A stretch of DNA of 64,000 bases from Eledone cirrhosa. Lineage: Eukaryota. The position numbers and the translations under genes are program-made. Below are positions 24,110 to 39,200 of this stretch, piece by piece. Position 1 is the first letter of the stretch, and each line of letters begins with the position of its first letter. The notes below the pieces were generated by a model. The model ran no database searches, was not told the DNA's origin, and worked only from the letters and a program-made list of their open reading frames with translations. The stretch spans positions 87,916,001-87,980,000 of the forward strand of contig OZ024747.1 in the NCBI GenBank assembly GCA_964016885.1. The letters are read 5' to 3'.

Positions 24110-24900
24110 GCTGGTAGGTGTGGTGGAGGGTCAACCCTAGCTGCTTTTGGCAGGGATGATGTCTTCCTTAGAGGCCACATAAAGTGGTTGAGGGTTCGGT
24201 GAGTGTCTGAGGTCTGTAGGTGGATCAGGATGTTTAAGCCGAAGAGTAGCTAAGACCTCATTTGTGGGGTAGACAATGGTGTTGTCAGAGACGATGACTA
24301 TATCAGCCGAGGTATCGGCCTCAATGAGTTTGGCATTTACACAGTTGTGTAAATGTTTTGAGCTAACATCAGGGTGGAGGACAGTGGGGACATAAATGTG
24401 TGGAGTGTAGCCTGTTCAGACCTCAGACACACTGGGTATGGACATCTCGAAGGTCAAGATGTTGGCCTTGACCAGAGCCATTGGCACCAGAGTTAGGGAG
24501 ATTGAAGGTGAGTGGAGTGAAATAAAACAATTACCCCCAATAGCTGTGTTAATCGGAGTCCAATGTTTTGCAGATGGAAGCTGCGAGGGCATCGACTACT
24601 GACACCCGGACTGTTTTCGGGGTCTTGAGGGGGTTCTTGCAAAGTTGTCTGAGCTGAGCGATGTTGACTAGTGAGGGTTGGGCCTCAGACAGGCTTGTTG
24701 TGTCATCTGAGGGTGTGGTGGTGGGGTGGCTGTAGCTGCTCAGGTAAGGCAGCTGCTGCATTTCCACATTGGGAGCCCGTTTAAGGTTCAATTTGTCAGG
24801 CCGACACAAGAGAAGTGATGGAAACTGTTGCCTGCTGAACAGTTCCAGCCTCTCTTCTGCTTGTTGATGGTGGTGCATGTGTTGCAGGTTGCTCCCTGTG
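24110..24900 (-). mobile_element. Degenerate CRE/RLE-type non-LTR retrotransposon fragment
   Basis: Frames give LKTPKTVRVSVVDALAASI, LFYF and NEVLATLRLKHPDPP, like the pre-RT region of CRE elements; contains stops and frameshifts. Confidence 0.45.
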
Positions 24901-24904
24901 AGTA

Positions 24905-25420
24905 TCATTGAGAACAGAAGTCTAATAAGTCTACATTTGTATTTAGATTGAGATTGTTGTTCCTTCCAATCACTATTTTCTACATCAGGTGGTCAGTGCC
25001 ATCAAAGCATTGATGTCTCTCATTAGGATACATGACTCAGTCTTAGCTATATCTAATGCTGCAGTGATTTCATCAAAGAAGGATCTGTGTTCAGACTCTC
25101 TGATTGGTGCATAAACTTGCACCACCCACAGAGACCTATTGTTCAGCCTAAGCTTCAAGAGACAAATCCTCCATCCTTATGTGATCTGTCCATAACATTC
25201 CAACAATCGGGAGCTTGTAAGTATCCCCACTCTTGCCAGTGCAGTCATTTCTGGTACTGCACCTAAATAGTGCAGTTTCCATCCTCCATTCAAATCTACA
25301 GTATTAGAGCTATGGAACTTTGTTGAGGAAACTTGGCATTTTTAGAGGCAGCCTTTACTCACCTCGTCATAGCTGCATCCCTGGGTTGTGAGAATTTTCT
25401 TGGGAGTTAAAGGTGTTACC
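24905..25420 (-). mobile_element. LINE apurinic-endonuclease (APE) domain fragment, RTE-like
   Basis: GGWKLHYLG...RVGIL...LWVVQVYAP...FFDEI...ILMRDINA. Confidence 0.7.
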
Positions 25421-25909
25421 CATTGCTCCATCTCCCCTAATAGTTTACTGCTGTTGGTCTAGCCAGCAGAAACCTGCTTATATCATAACTAACCATTATA
25501 TGTGGTAGCCGTATTACCTCTTATCCAGCAGAACAACTCTGCCGAGAAATATTCTTGTGATTTAAAAAATTATTTGAAAACCACAGGTAGTGACTAGCAT
25601 TAGAAATATGCTAATGAAAGCGTTAATCGGTACTCAATCCACATAGCTTTGTTTTAACTAGATTAAAACCAATAAATAAATAGAAATAAAAAAATAAATA
25701 GATAATAAAATGTAAAAAGAAGACAGATTCAATGATGTGAAATGATTGTTCTAAGAATCAGAATTAGAACCTAAATTTTCATTGCTGAATTCCACTGAGA
25801 TTAAACCAAATTAATGAAGCATTGAAAATTGTTGTTGTGTAAAAATGTTTCCAAATTAGCCATGATTATAAAGATATTCATTATTTGCACATATCTTTAA
25901 AGAGGAGAA

Positions 25910-25947
<38 letters not shown>

Positions 25948-26502
25948 ATTTGCATATTATTCAAAAGAAGAACCGTGTATGTGTGTGTAAGTGAGCATAT
26001 TTCTTGAAAAGGGAATCATGTGTGATTGTTTGTTTCAAGAGATATGTGAGCTATGTGGAGAGAAGAAAAACAATGAAGATCTTTAAGAATTTAGATGATA
26101 TTCCCCTCAGGAATTAATATGAAATAAAATCAGGATAAATAATAAAAAAATATAAATATATATATTAAAAATGTTGAAAATTACAAATGCTGTTCTTCAC
26201 AATGAGCTGATTTATTCTCTGTAAAATAATAATAATAATAATAATAAATATTATTTTCTGTCTGGGCTTATAATTTTAAGCCCAGTATCTCAAAATGCAT
26301 TATTTTATTTTAGTACATTTTATTTTAGTTTTGGTTTAGTATTCAATACAAAGAAAAAGCGGGGTGGTTGATTGGCAGAAAACAGTGTACAAATGTATTG
26401 CAGTAGATTCTGTTTGGCTCTTTGCATTGTTGAATTGAAATCCAGCAGGTGTCAAATTTACCTTTCATCCTTTCAGGGGTTGATTTATTGAGGTATCAGA
26501 CA

Positions 26503-26927
26503 AGTACAATGTACTGAGATATGTATATAATGTACTGAAGTATGTATATGTAACAGGTGTGTATACAATGTACTGAAGTATGTACATGTAACAGGTATGC
26601 ATATTATGTACTGAGGCATGTATATAATGTAGTGAGGGATGTGTATAATCTACTGAGGTATGTATGTAATCTACTGAGGTGTATATATAATACAGTGAGG
26701 TATATATATAATGTATATAATTTATAAATAGTAAGGTACATATATAATGTACCGAAGTATGTACATAATATACTGAAATATGTATTCAATGTAGTGAGGT
26801 GTGTATATAATCTATTGAGGTATGTATATAATATACTGAGGTGTGTATACAGTGTAGTGAGGTATATATACAATGTACTGAGGTATGTATATAATGTAGT
26901 AATGTATATATATATATAATCTACTGC
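26503..26927. repeat. Degenerate ~21-bp minisatellite (AATGTACTGAGGTATGTATAT)
   Basis: About 20 diverged units directly following a Meta-type SINE. Confidence 0.85.
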
Positions 26928-27581
26928 TTTTAAATATGAAGGTGATGGATTGGCAGAATCGGTAGAGTTATGGCCCTTTACGTTCTGAGTTCAAATCCTG
27001 CCGAAGTTAACTTTGACTTTCATCCTTACGGGGTTGATAAACTAAAGCACCAGTAATGCACTGGGGTAATTGCTGGCCTTGTGCCAATAGTAGAAACAAT
27101 TGAATATTATGAGTTTATCACAGCCCTCTCCCTACCCCTAGGACCTCATTCTGAGATAAAATTCCTTTGAACAACTTGAATAGTTATAACTAAGAGTACC
27201 CTGGAATGAAGTCTTTCAACCACCCACAATGTTTGTTAGAAATAATTAACCAGATAACATAATCTTATTATGTTACCTCAGTAACGTAATCATCTATGGA
27301 GATTATATAAGACTACACAATAAGGAAAGCAATATAAGCATTGTATTGTAGCATATATTAACATTTGTATTATATATTTACAGCTCACTATAAAAATGAA
27401 CTTTAAAAAATCCTCCACATCAAACCGCCTTTGACAGATAAAAGAAACAATATTGAAAATCTCATTAAATGATAACCATTTTGATATTACACTTCTCATG
27501 AAAAGCACTGCCTATGATTTTCCAATAATTTTGAAAATAATTATGAATTGGAGGGATTTGGTAATATAACTTTATTATTAA

Positions 27582-28655
27582 ATAATAATAATAATAATAA
27601 TGAAATTATTGTGTAAAGTGCTCAGGTGCACTACAACTCGTCAATATAGTACATAGAATAATACACAAATGCCAGGGAAGTACATGTTTGTATGTGTTAG
27701 CTGTAGTGTTGGCGGATCTCGGGAAGCATGGAGGCCTTAAAGGATGCAGCGTCTCGACAGCTAACAACTGATGCAGGTAGTTTGTTCCATGCTTCAGCAA
27801 CTCTGAGCGTGAAAAAATGTTTCCGAAAGTCATGGGAACTGTGCTGTTTTCTTACTTTGTGGGCATGTCCACGTGTGTTAGACACATGGAAATCGAAAAG
27901 GCACTCAGGGTTGTTGTTGGCAACATGGTTAACAATTTTGTGGGTGTTTACCAAGTCAGTTGCCAGGCGTCGGAGCTTCAATGAATCCATGCCCAGGGAA
28001 GCAAGGCGATCAGAGTATGGTAGATGCCTGATGGAGGGTATTCGCTTGGTTGCACGTCTCTGAACAGTTTCCAGGCGGTCAATGTCCTGAGCAAGATAGG
28101 GGTTCCAGACTGGTGATGCAAATTCTAAGTGTGGTCGCACCATAGCTGTATACAGCCTTAAATAGATATCTGGAGAGCGGCTGACAAAGGTCTTGCTGAG
28201 TGATGCTAAGACACCCTCGGCCCTCTTGACAATTTTAGAGACGTGCCTCGTCCAACGCAAATCGCTGCTGACCGTAATGCCCAGGTCACGTTCACAGGAA
28301 GACTTCTTGATATTAGTGCTGTGGAGGGAATATGTGGACGCTGGGTTTTTACTCCCAAAATGCATGGTGGTGCACTTGTCCACAGCTAGCTTGAGTTGCC
28401 AGTCTGAGATCCACTGTTGCATTGTGTCCAGGTCAGACTGCAAGCAAGATCTATAGTGTTCAGGATCTGTCCTTTTTATCTCAAGGTACAGCTTGATGTC
28501 GTCTGCGTACTTTAGTACTGTGGCATTCCTTAAGTTGGCATCTATGTCATTAATATATGCCACAAACAAAAGGGGGCCAAGAACAGATCCCTGAGGTACA
28601 CCAGATGACATCTCATATGGTGAGGAATGCTGTCCCAGAACCGTGACTACCTCTC
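27582..28655 (-). mobile_element. 5'-truncated CR1-clade LINE with intact RT C-terminal ORF (27697-28655) and (TAT)n tail
   Basis: SGVPQGSVLGPLLF..YINDI, KYADD, ERDLG, VRPHLE, QRRATK, TRGH..K, FFT.RV..AWNKLP. Confidence 0.93.
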
Positions 28656-31600
28656 TTAAGCTAGTGTTTGGAGCATAACTTAACAAAGGTTCTTACATAA
28701 AATTATCCTGGAAAGTTTTTAGACAGATATAAACATCCATCCAGAAAAACCCTACCAAAAATTATGAAATGCACAACTTATAACATACACAGTCCAAACC
28801 ATGCAAACAGAAAAGCAGGCATGAAATGATAAAACTGTTTTATCATTTCATGCCTGCTTGTCTATGTATAGCCAATGAAGGAGCTCACTTGACTTCTAAG
28901 AAATAGCAGCTAAATCTTCCTAAATTTCAAAATGAAAATATTGATACCAATCAACTGCCTTAACCCTTTAATGTTCAAACTGGTCAAAACCAGCCAGAAT
29001 TCTCTACCTCTTACTGTTGAAACTGGCTATAACCGGTCGCTCAAACTTATGTTAAGGTATTGTTCTCAAAATAAATACTTTCAAAATCTCATAGATTCAA
29101 TATTATGTGAGATAATTATGCGAGGTAAAGCCTTTACCATGGAAATATAATAGTATATATAGAGTAATGTGAATACTAAAGGGTTAAGTTTATCCAAACA
29201 CCTTAGTATTTATTTAATTACTTATCAAGAAAGTGGGCAGTATCCATGACCCTTATCAGGGTCTCTGTGACTAGTAGTGGTGGTGGTGGGGGAAGAAATG
29301 TTTCATCAAACTGGGTACTTGGCTCAAATACTTGCAACAGAGTGGACTTTGTTAAATCACACAAGGACCAGGTGGTGGTGTTAAACTGGGCAATAAATTA
29401 AGTCTTTTAGTCAAGTAAGCCACAGCAGGATTTGAACTCAGAACACAATGGTTTGGAATAAATACCACAAGGTATATACCACTTAACACTCTTATGATTC
29501 AACCAGTCATTGACTGATATTTTATTTATCAATCCAGGAAGGATGAAAGGTAAAATTGACCTCAGTGGGATTTGAACACAGAATGCAAGGACCTAGTATA
29601 AATGCCAGAGGGCATTTTATTTTGTCTCACAATCCAACACGACTGGCAATTTGCTGCCTAATCATTTAAAACTGTTTAGTTGACATTTACATTAAAATGA
29701 CATTTAAAACTACATATATCAAGATACAGATCTATAAATTGTGTCTATATCATTAATATTATTAAGCCATGTCTACCTCAAAATCATTTACATATTGAGT
29801 CTATTTAGTCAAACATCTGTTCATATATCTATTTAGACACTTCCTGCTACCCAGGGATTACAGAGCTGTTTTTAAGGTGTGAGGATAAATTAAAGAAGCA
29901 TGCACATACACACACAACAACATTAAAATACTATAATGTTTTACACAGTAGTACTTTACTATTATTTTATTATCGAAAATTTTATGGGAGCAGGGTAGGG
30001 CTGTTTTTTCTTTGTGATTCTGTATAGCTTAATCAATGGAGCATCAACCTATTACAACTTATTGTGAAAAGTGATCTGAGGTTTGTGGGTTCAATTTCCT
30101 CTGTTAGGTTCAGTACTTTTTTGGCAGTGAACCAGTGATTGGAAACATATAACCAAATATGGTATTGTTCACAAATGCATAACATAAATAAATATAAATA
30201 TCAACATTTAAAGGTTGAGTTATTCTAGGTGATATCCCTCTTTCTATCTATATTTTACAGCTGTGACCTATATAAACCAATCGATAAACATTCTTACCTG
30301 ATCTAACCATTTTTACTGTTTGTGTTTCTCATGACAACATTTAACTTTTTAGCATTTAAACCAACTGTATCTGGCCATAATTCTCTCACCTCAATTTGTT
30401 CAAACCAGTCATAACTGCCCACTCATACTTATGTTAAAGTATTGTTCTCAAAATAAATAACATAGATCTGATAGATTCGATATAATGTGACATAATTATG
30501 TGAAGGTAAAGCCTTTACTGTGAAAATACAATAGTATATATATATAGAGTAATGTAAATGCTAAAGGATTAAGGGTTGCATTGCTCTAGATAGCATGTAT
30601 GTCTTTCTTGACAGCTTTTAAACCCTGTGAACTATATAAACTAAATAATAAATAACACGTCTAAAATTAAGACTGGGAGTCACAATGAAAGTGTTTGTGC
30701 TGTGACATCTATCATAACTTTTCTGTAAATTGTCTTAACACTATTTTCAATCTTCTAATTTATTTATTTATGTATTTTTTACTAAACATCCTAGATTCTC
30801 AATCCTAGCTTCCCAAACCCCTTGCTTGGATGATTTGAGAAAAAATGAAAATATTTTATACAAACACAAGATATCACTTAGCCAGTAAAGGTAGCAGTTC
30901 CCTTAATCCTTTTCAGTGTTTCTGAGACTGGTGGAAGTGGGGAAGAAGCTATCATCAAACTAGGCAGTTAGCCAGACACTGGTAACAGAGTGGACTCTGC
31001 TAAAAACATCTAAGGGCTAGGTGATGGTATTAAAATTGGGCAATTGAATAAGTCTTCCAACCAAGTAGGTCGCAGTAAGGTTTGTGTCGTAAGAAGTGAA
31101 GGGACCTACTTTTGTATCTCCACTCGTATCCTCACTAAATCTACATGCGTGATGTTCACCTGTTTCACACCTAGCCAGAGAACATAGCAAAACTCCCACA
31201 TTAATTCACACAAGTCATACGAAGCATCCGCACTCAATCCCAGGTTAGAAACCAAGAGGGAGATATGGCCTGCACTTACTCCAATGTGATATCACTGGCC
31301 CCTAGCTTCTGATGAGATTGCCTCAGCACTTCTGGCTCCGTAGCCCCACAATTTGAACTCTGGACACAAGAAACTCATCATACTTAAAGAATAAAAGAAG
31401 AGGCCAGAGATAGAGAAAAAAATAAGAGAGGGGGTTAAGATTGGTGGTGGTGGTAGAAAGAGAGAGAGAAGTAGCAAGATTTAAAGAGGGAAAGGGGAAG
31501 TAGAGTGAGAAAGAGAGAGAGAAAGGAGGTAGAGAAAGAGTGAAAGAGAGAGACAGATAAAGAAAGGTAGAGAGGAGATAGGGAGAGAAAGAGAGATTAA

Positions 31601-31994
31601 ACCTTTATAACCGATGCAGCATTACTAGTTTCCTCGGATTTTACAGTTTTGCTTTATTTCCTTCACTGTTGAACTATCCTCAGCTCATATTTCACCCAAC
31701 CTCCATCCTTGTCCTTTTTTATAATCTGTTTACTTATACATTTCCATCAGTTCACTGGTACTTTGTCGATCTGTTACCAATATATTTCCTTATAACCTTT
31801 CAGACAAGAGGAGGAAATATATTTAACAACAATAGCTAAGCCTGAAACAGTTAAAAGTCTTGCTGGTTGTTCTCTCACTGTTGTTTTCTATCCTCTGCCA
31901 TTTATGAAGCAATATTGATCCTCATTACATTTGTTTTTGCCTACTTAAAGTATATATATATATAAATAAATAAAAAACATGCATCCTTATCTTC

Positions 31995-32815
31995 ACCAAT
32001 GCCACCACCACCGCTATCACTATAAACACCACCATCAACACCACCACCATCAACACCACCGTCACCACCAGCACCAGCACTATCAGCACCAACACCACCA
32101 CCACACCTTCAGCACCAGCATCACCAGCAGCAGCACCAGCATCATCAGCATCACCACCACCAGTACCAGCTCCAACGTCACCAGCAGCACCACCACCACC
32201 ACCACCAACATCATCATCAGCAGCAGCACCACCACCAGTACCAGCTCCAACGTCACCAGCAGCACCACCATCACCAGCAGCAGCAGCAGCACCACCACCA
32301 ACATCATCATCAGCAGCAGCACCACCACCAGTACCAGCTCCAACATCACCAGCAGCAGCAGCAGCAGCACCACCACAATCACCACCACTAGCAGCACCAC
32401 CATCACCACCAGCAGCAGCACCACCACACTATCAGCACCAGCATCAGCACTATCAGCACCAGCATCACCACCACCACCAGCAGCACCACCATCAGCACCA
32501 GCATCACCACCATCACAAGCAGCACCACCATCACCACCAGCAGCAGCACCACCACCAGTACCAGCTCCAACATCACCAGCAGCAGCAGCAGCAGCACCAC
32601 CACAACCACCACCACTAGCAGCACCACCATCACCACCAGCAGCAGCACCACCACACTATCAGCACCAGCATCACCACCAGCAGCAGCACCAGCATCACCA
32701 CCATCACAAGCAGCACCACCATCACCACCAATACCACCAACATCACCAGCAGCACCACCAATACCAGCTCCAACATCACCAACAGCAGCACCACTACCAT
32801 CACCACCACCATCCT
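31995..32815. repeat. Compound (CAC/CAG/CAT)n trinucleotide array with higher-order duplications
   Basis: Direct inspection; blocks such as CCAGTACCAGCTCCAAC recur. Confidence 0.9.
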
Positions 32816-33103
32816 GTACAAATGAAATACAATTGAATGACTCATTTAACTGGGAGTACCTTTTGTGCTATTGCAGTTACTAATTAGTAAAGCTAACACA
32901 TTTCCATTTTCACTCTCTAAAATGTTTACAGACCCTCTCTATTGATGCATACTATTCTATATAGTAAGTACTATACCACTGTACACCACCATACCATGCT
33001 GTACAGAAATTGGAATAGGTTCAAATGAAATAGTACATAAATAAATTAATAAGTAAAAGAAAATAAACAAAACAAAAACAGAAGAATATGAAAAATAATA
33101 ATA

Positions 33104-33158
<55 letters not shown>

Positions 33159-34424
33159 ATAGAAATACATAGTTTGCTGTACACTTGTAAAGGTCAGCTG
33201 TTGTAAAACATAGCAGATCTGTTAATGACATTTTGATAGGATGATGATGGTAAAGGTAGACAGTCATTCGTGAGTGGCAGCAGATATTTGAAAAAGAAAA
33301 GAAAGAAAAAAAAATGGTGTGGGATGGGATGGTTGTGGTGGTGAAGAGATAGAAACAAAGCTTGTTGATATATAAACCAGAAAACCATGAAATAATGCAT
33401 CATCTGTCTATAAGTATTGATAACTGGTAGTTATGGAAAATGGGAAACCCATACAGTGTTCTATGTAGAGTTGTTATAATTTTTGAGAACTCTTATCAAG
33501 GTTGAAATCGAATAAATCTAACCAGACAAAATGGGTGTAAGTTAAAGAGGAAATAAATTAATTTTTTCTGTCTTTAGCAGCAAACATGATGATGCCATAG
33601 AATAGTTTCAGATTTTAGTTATTCAATTATTTAAAATTATGTTGTATAGAATCTATATCTCTAATCTTTGTTATAAAATAGTACAAAATTCTGATATATA
33701 TATTTCATATAGTGTTACTTTAAACATTTGGCATAATGTGTAATTAGAAATAAAAAAAAATTAATATAGGAACAGGCATGGCTGTAAAGAGTTTGCTTGT
33801 GAAACTAAAGTGTTTTAAGTTCACTCCCTCTGCATAGCACCTTGAGCAAATGTCTTCTATTATGACCTCAGACTGACCAATGCCTTGTAAGTAAAGTTTG
33901 ATGAGTGCGTGTGCATGTTTGAGTAACACTATAATACAAGTGAGTGATTAGAGCAGTTAATATCTCTAAACAGCTCTCGTAGACCTTATGATGTAATTCG
34001 GTGATGAAACACACGTTAGAATGTAATTAAAAAAGTGTTTTCTACTCACACCTTGTCACACACATATATATATATAATATGAAATATTATAATTTGGGAG
34101 GGTCAAATTGTCAATGAAAACACACAATCGCCAAGTTACTCGATTGAGTAATGTTATTTCAAATATCTTTTAGAAGAACTCTATTTCAGTCTCTAGTATT
34201 TGTTAGTATTTTCTAGTATTACTCTAGTATTTGCAATTGTATGCTTCTGGTCATTACCCAAGATTCATGACCACAGGTAAGAGTTGGCATGAATACCAAA
34301 TTGAAGATAGCGAGTTTGGCTGTTATACCTACCTCCTTTCTTCTGAGATTTGACTTGTCTCGCAATGGGATAACTTGTCTAACCCATGCTAGTGTGGAAA
34401 AATGAACATTAAATGGTGATGATG

Positions 34425-34461
<37 letters not shown>

Positions 34462-34465
<4 letters not shown>

Positions 34466-35355
34466 TCATCATCATCATCGTCATCATCGTTTAACGTCCA
34501 TCTTCCACGTTTGCATGGGTTTGGACGGGAGGTTTCCCACTTGAGGCAAGATTTGTTGTCCTGCTCGTATAGGACTGTCTGGTGGGTTTCCTACGGGTGG
34601 ATGCCCTTCCTAATACCAACCACGTTTACAGTGTGGACTGGGAGGTTTTTACCGTGTTACCTACACGGCCACATTACAGCGTGGACTGTGTGTTTTTTTG
34701 TCGTGACACCTACACGACCTCATTTGTTTCGGACTGGATGTTGTGGTACCAACATAACTTTACATTTAAGGGTGTGGTGTGGATGGGGTGGGGGGTGGGG
34801 GTGTATTTTGTTAGAGGTGCCTACTGACTGTAGGTTTCGCTTTTTACTTAGGGAAGGCGAGTCTTCTGTATGACTTCAGTGACATTGTCTTGGAGAGGTG
34901 TAAGTGTGTGAGGTCGGAATTTATCAAGTCGTCCCAGGTTTTTCTGGGTCTGCCTACTCCGTGGCTACCGTCTATTTTTATCGCCCTGCACTTTTTTATA
35001 CAGCTGTCGTCTTTCATGCGCATCACGTGACCATACCAACGTAGCCTTCTCTCGAGTAAACAACATCTGATCCCTCTTATTCGTAATTTCTTCCTTAGTT
35101 CGTTTATGCTTTGCCGTTCATGTACATTACTATTACACATCCAGCGGAGCATGCAAGCTTCGTTTCTCTCCAGTCTGCGTATATCCTCTGCACACAATGC
35201 CCAGGTCTCACTGCCATGTAACATTGCTGTTCGTATGTAGGCAATTTTTAGAGAGAACCCTTTAGCGGCCAATAGTGGTATAAGCTCTCTGAACTTTTTC
35301 CATCCCGTTCTGACTCTAGCTACTGTACTTTCAGAGCACCCCCCCCCCCCACTGC
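34462..35355 (-). mobile_element. 3' fragment of the PHD-RTE family with (GAT)n tail, next to (TA)n
   Basis: Highly similar to 56715-57625, with internal deletions. Confidence 0.9.
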
Positions 35356-35444
35356 ATATATAAAATCATCATCACCATTTAATGTTCATTTCTTCATACG
35401 GTTTAGACCCTACCATTAATTGGTAGATTTTTCTGTGTTATCTG

Positions 35445-35491
<47 letters not shown>

Positions 35492-36089
35492 GAAAGTTGA
35501 GGTCTGATGGCTGAACTCTTGATATTTCGACAGCAAATTCCAGACCAGAATTTCTATGTTGAAACAGCAAAAGCTCAGCTGTTGGGCTGTGAATCTCTAC
35601 TATATTTACACTCAACTATCCAAAGTATCATGTATACTGTTCAATAATAGTCTTACTAGTTTAAACTTGTGAAATATATATATATTTATTGTTAAATTTA
35701 TATCAGGCATTTTTCAACAATAACATTGATGATACTGAGAAGTATTGTTTCACAAATACAGTGTATAGCAATATCTAAAATTTTTCGTGTTATTTTCAAG
35801 GAATATGACATATGGAAAGACATATTTCTAAACAAACAAAGCTAATATTCACACAGTATCCTACTTAACTTTGATGTTTCAATTTCAATTTTCTTACTGT
35901 TGCAGAATGTTGGTGTATGTATATATATATATATATGTGTGTCTGTGTGTATGTGAGTGTGTGTATCTGCATGTGTACATGCTTTTATATTTCCATTTGC
36001 TAGTTTTTTTAGCATATCAAATTGAAATTTGCGATTTTATTGCAAGTTTTTTTTAAATGTTTCTATTGGAAATAATGAAAATGTCAAGT

Positions 36090-36191
<102 letters not shown>

Positions 36192-36262
36192 ATATATATA
36201 TGTGTATATATATATGCATGTGTGTGTGTATATATATATGTGTGTGTATGTGTATATATATA

Positions 36263-36299
<37 letters not shown>

Positions 36300-39200
36300 G
36301 TATAAATATTTATTTATTTATATATATGTAAAAGATAAACAGAAATAACAAAACAAATGGCATAATACATGGAAGAAATATATTAGTTTAACGCTTGTAA
36401 TAGCAGGAAGAGAGTCTTAATGTTTCAGACACTAGTCCTTCATCAGAAGATAGAGTTTAAAATAGAAGATAAATAGAAAGTAAAGAGTCATAAGAGGAAG
36501 GAATGGTTGAACTGTGGCAGGCTGGCTGATGTGAGAGTGAGTACGTGCGAACTGACCGGTGTAAGGGGTGTATAAGAATGTATGTGAATATCTACATATA
36601 CATACACACATAATAGCAGCTGAGAAGGGGCTGTGTAGAAAAGAGGAGGTAGTGAATATGTTTGTAGCCTGTATGTATCATTACCTGGTATGGTCATAAG
36701 TGAAGCTGCATAGCTTCAGATATGATAATATAGTGGTACAACTGTAAATGGCTAAGATACAAGATGTGAAGTGATTATGTGCGTGGAGGTGTATTGAGCC
36801 AGGCGTGGTGGAGACAGAGTAAATGTTAGGAAACATTCAACACCACAGCCACGGCACTTCTACATGAACACAGACAAGTGCGCAAGAGGTACAAGCACAC
36901 ATGGAGCGCAGGAGTATGTGTCGGTGGTGTGTGCTGGCAGGTGCACATACATATGCATGTATCATAAAGAGTAGGATTGAGGGTTACGTGTGTGGAGTGG
37001 TATATACGGATGTTGTAAATATGAATGTGTATTGTGTGGTGGCTGGAGTTGTGTGTGCGTATATGTGCATGTGTTTGTAAGAGAGAGCATATATCATCAT
37101 CATCATCATCATTTAATGTCCATTTTCCACTCTAGCATGGGTTAGACAGGCTATCCTGTTAGAGACAAGTTGTATCAGGTGACTGTGTCTTGCTCATATA
37201 GAACTGTTTTGGGCTTGGTTTCTATGGCTGGATGGCCTTCTTAAAGCCAACCACATTTACAGTGTGTGCTGGGTGCATATATATATACATATACATATAT
37301 ATATATATATACACACAAACAATACATGTATATAATCTTTTCAGCATGTACATATTATTGTATTGTATTGATTTTATTGTACTGTGTGATATTGATTGTG
37401 TAGTATTGTATATGATATTAGTATATATTATATTGCATATGATATATTTGATATTGTATCACCATCACCAACACTACCACTACCACCACCACTACTGTCA
37501 ACAACACTACCACTACCACCACCACCACTGCAATCCTTCTCTACCACAAGCATCAACACTACTTCCAACACCATAACCACAGCCACTATAGCCTCAGTTA
37601 CCACTTGTAGGGTAAGCAGATGTTTTCTCTTATGGATAAGGAAGTATTTTCATTGCTTGTAAACATTCTTGTACTGGGTCAAAAATAGAGCCAAAAAATG
37701 GGTTTCTTTACATTCTGAAATGTAATCAAGCAGGCAGTCATGGAATTAAAGAAGAGATACAAGTAGCATCCAAATATCTGCCAAATCAAACCCCTTTGAA
37801 AGATAGGATACACTAGGTAATATAGTCTAAAAAAAATGAGAATTTCACATCTAGAAAGTCTTTGATTATTAAGATGTTTGATCAGAGTTGTCTCAGGGCT
37901 AAACAACAACAGCAACAGCTGGAGTATTGACTTAGATGATGTTATATCATAAGATATTAGTGAAGGAAATGTTCAATTATAATGTTAATGAAACATTATA
38001 TATGCCTAAGGCAAGCATCTAAAAGATTTTTCTATGGAATTTTTGATCAGATATCTTAAGTACTTTGAGGTATTAACTGTTAATGTCCTGTACTGCATGA
38101 GACCACATTAGCAAGACATTCTTGAATAGTACAAAACAACACTATAACTACATCACATTAAAAATTAAAGACTTTGGTTTACTGCAAATTTCCGCAGCAA
38201 TCTGACAAATAGTAAAACTTCTATAAACATTTAAATGAGGAAACCGGTTTTTATATATTTTCTACTAAGTCATTACAGGATGTTAAGAGTTAACACTTTT
38301 GATTTTCTAATGAAATACATTGCAAATGATGAATGTGGTGAAGAGAATTAGAAAGAAATGGTTGGGCCATGTATTAAGGAAGAATGAACGTATTTGGGTG
38401 AGAGGAATAGAACCACTGATGAATATGGTGAAGAGAAATGGAATGAGGTGGTTGGGTCATATGTGGAGGAATGATGAATGACTGGGTGAGATGAGTGATG
38501 AAAATAAACGTGGAAGAAGAAGAGAAAGGGGAATATAAAGAAAGACATGGTTGAAGATGATGGAGAAGGAAATGAAAGCAAAGTGGTTGGTGAGAGGAGA
38601 TGCAGAGGATAGGGCAAAATGGAGAAACTTGTAATGGAGTCTCAAAAGATTAACCCTTGTTTTAGCAGGGTAAATGACCTTAAAACACTTGCTGTTGTTG
38701 TTGTACTATTAATGTAGCTCCTTTGTACTTACATTTCTAATGAGAAGATTACATATTGAAATTAGTTCGAAATATAATCAATGTTTTGGAGAGGTTTTAT
38801 AAAATATTTGCAACTTTAGATATGAGCTTATTGTGTTGGTTGCGTTAACCAGTTGGAATCTCACTATATTATTCATGTTATAATGAGTATTTTTATTTAC
38901 ATATGAACACTATAGTATCAGATGGCCTCATGTGGGTTGGCATTAAAAGGGTTAAATGATTTTATCTTATCAAGACCTAGTGCATAATAATTGTTTCTAC
39001 TTTTGGCACAAGGCCAGCAATCACCCAGTGCATCACTGGTACTTTATTTTATCGACCCCGTAAGGATGAAAGGCAAAGTTAACCTTGGCGGGATTTGAAC
39101 TCAGAATGGCAAGGGCCGTAACTCTATGCGTCAAAGCATGGCATCCGACCCTCTACCGATACTGCCAATCCACTGACCTAGTGCATAATAATAATAATAA

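Noticed and set aside
31979-32836. 285-aa His/Ser/Thr/Pro-rich ORF (also 47126-47923 and 18022-18403)
   Set aside because: Trinucleotide arrays are stop-free in several frames and strands; no splice or domain evidence.
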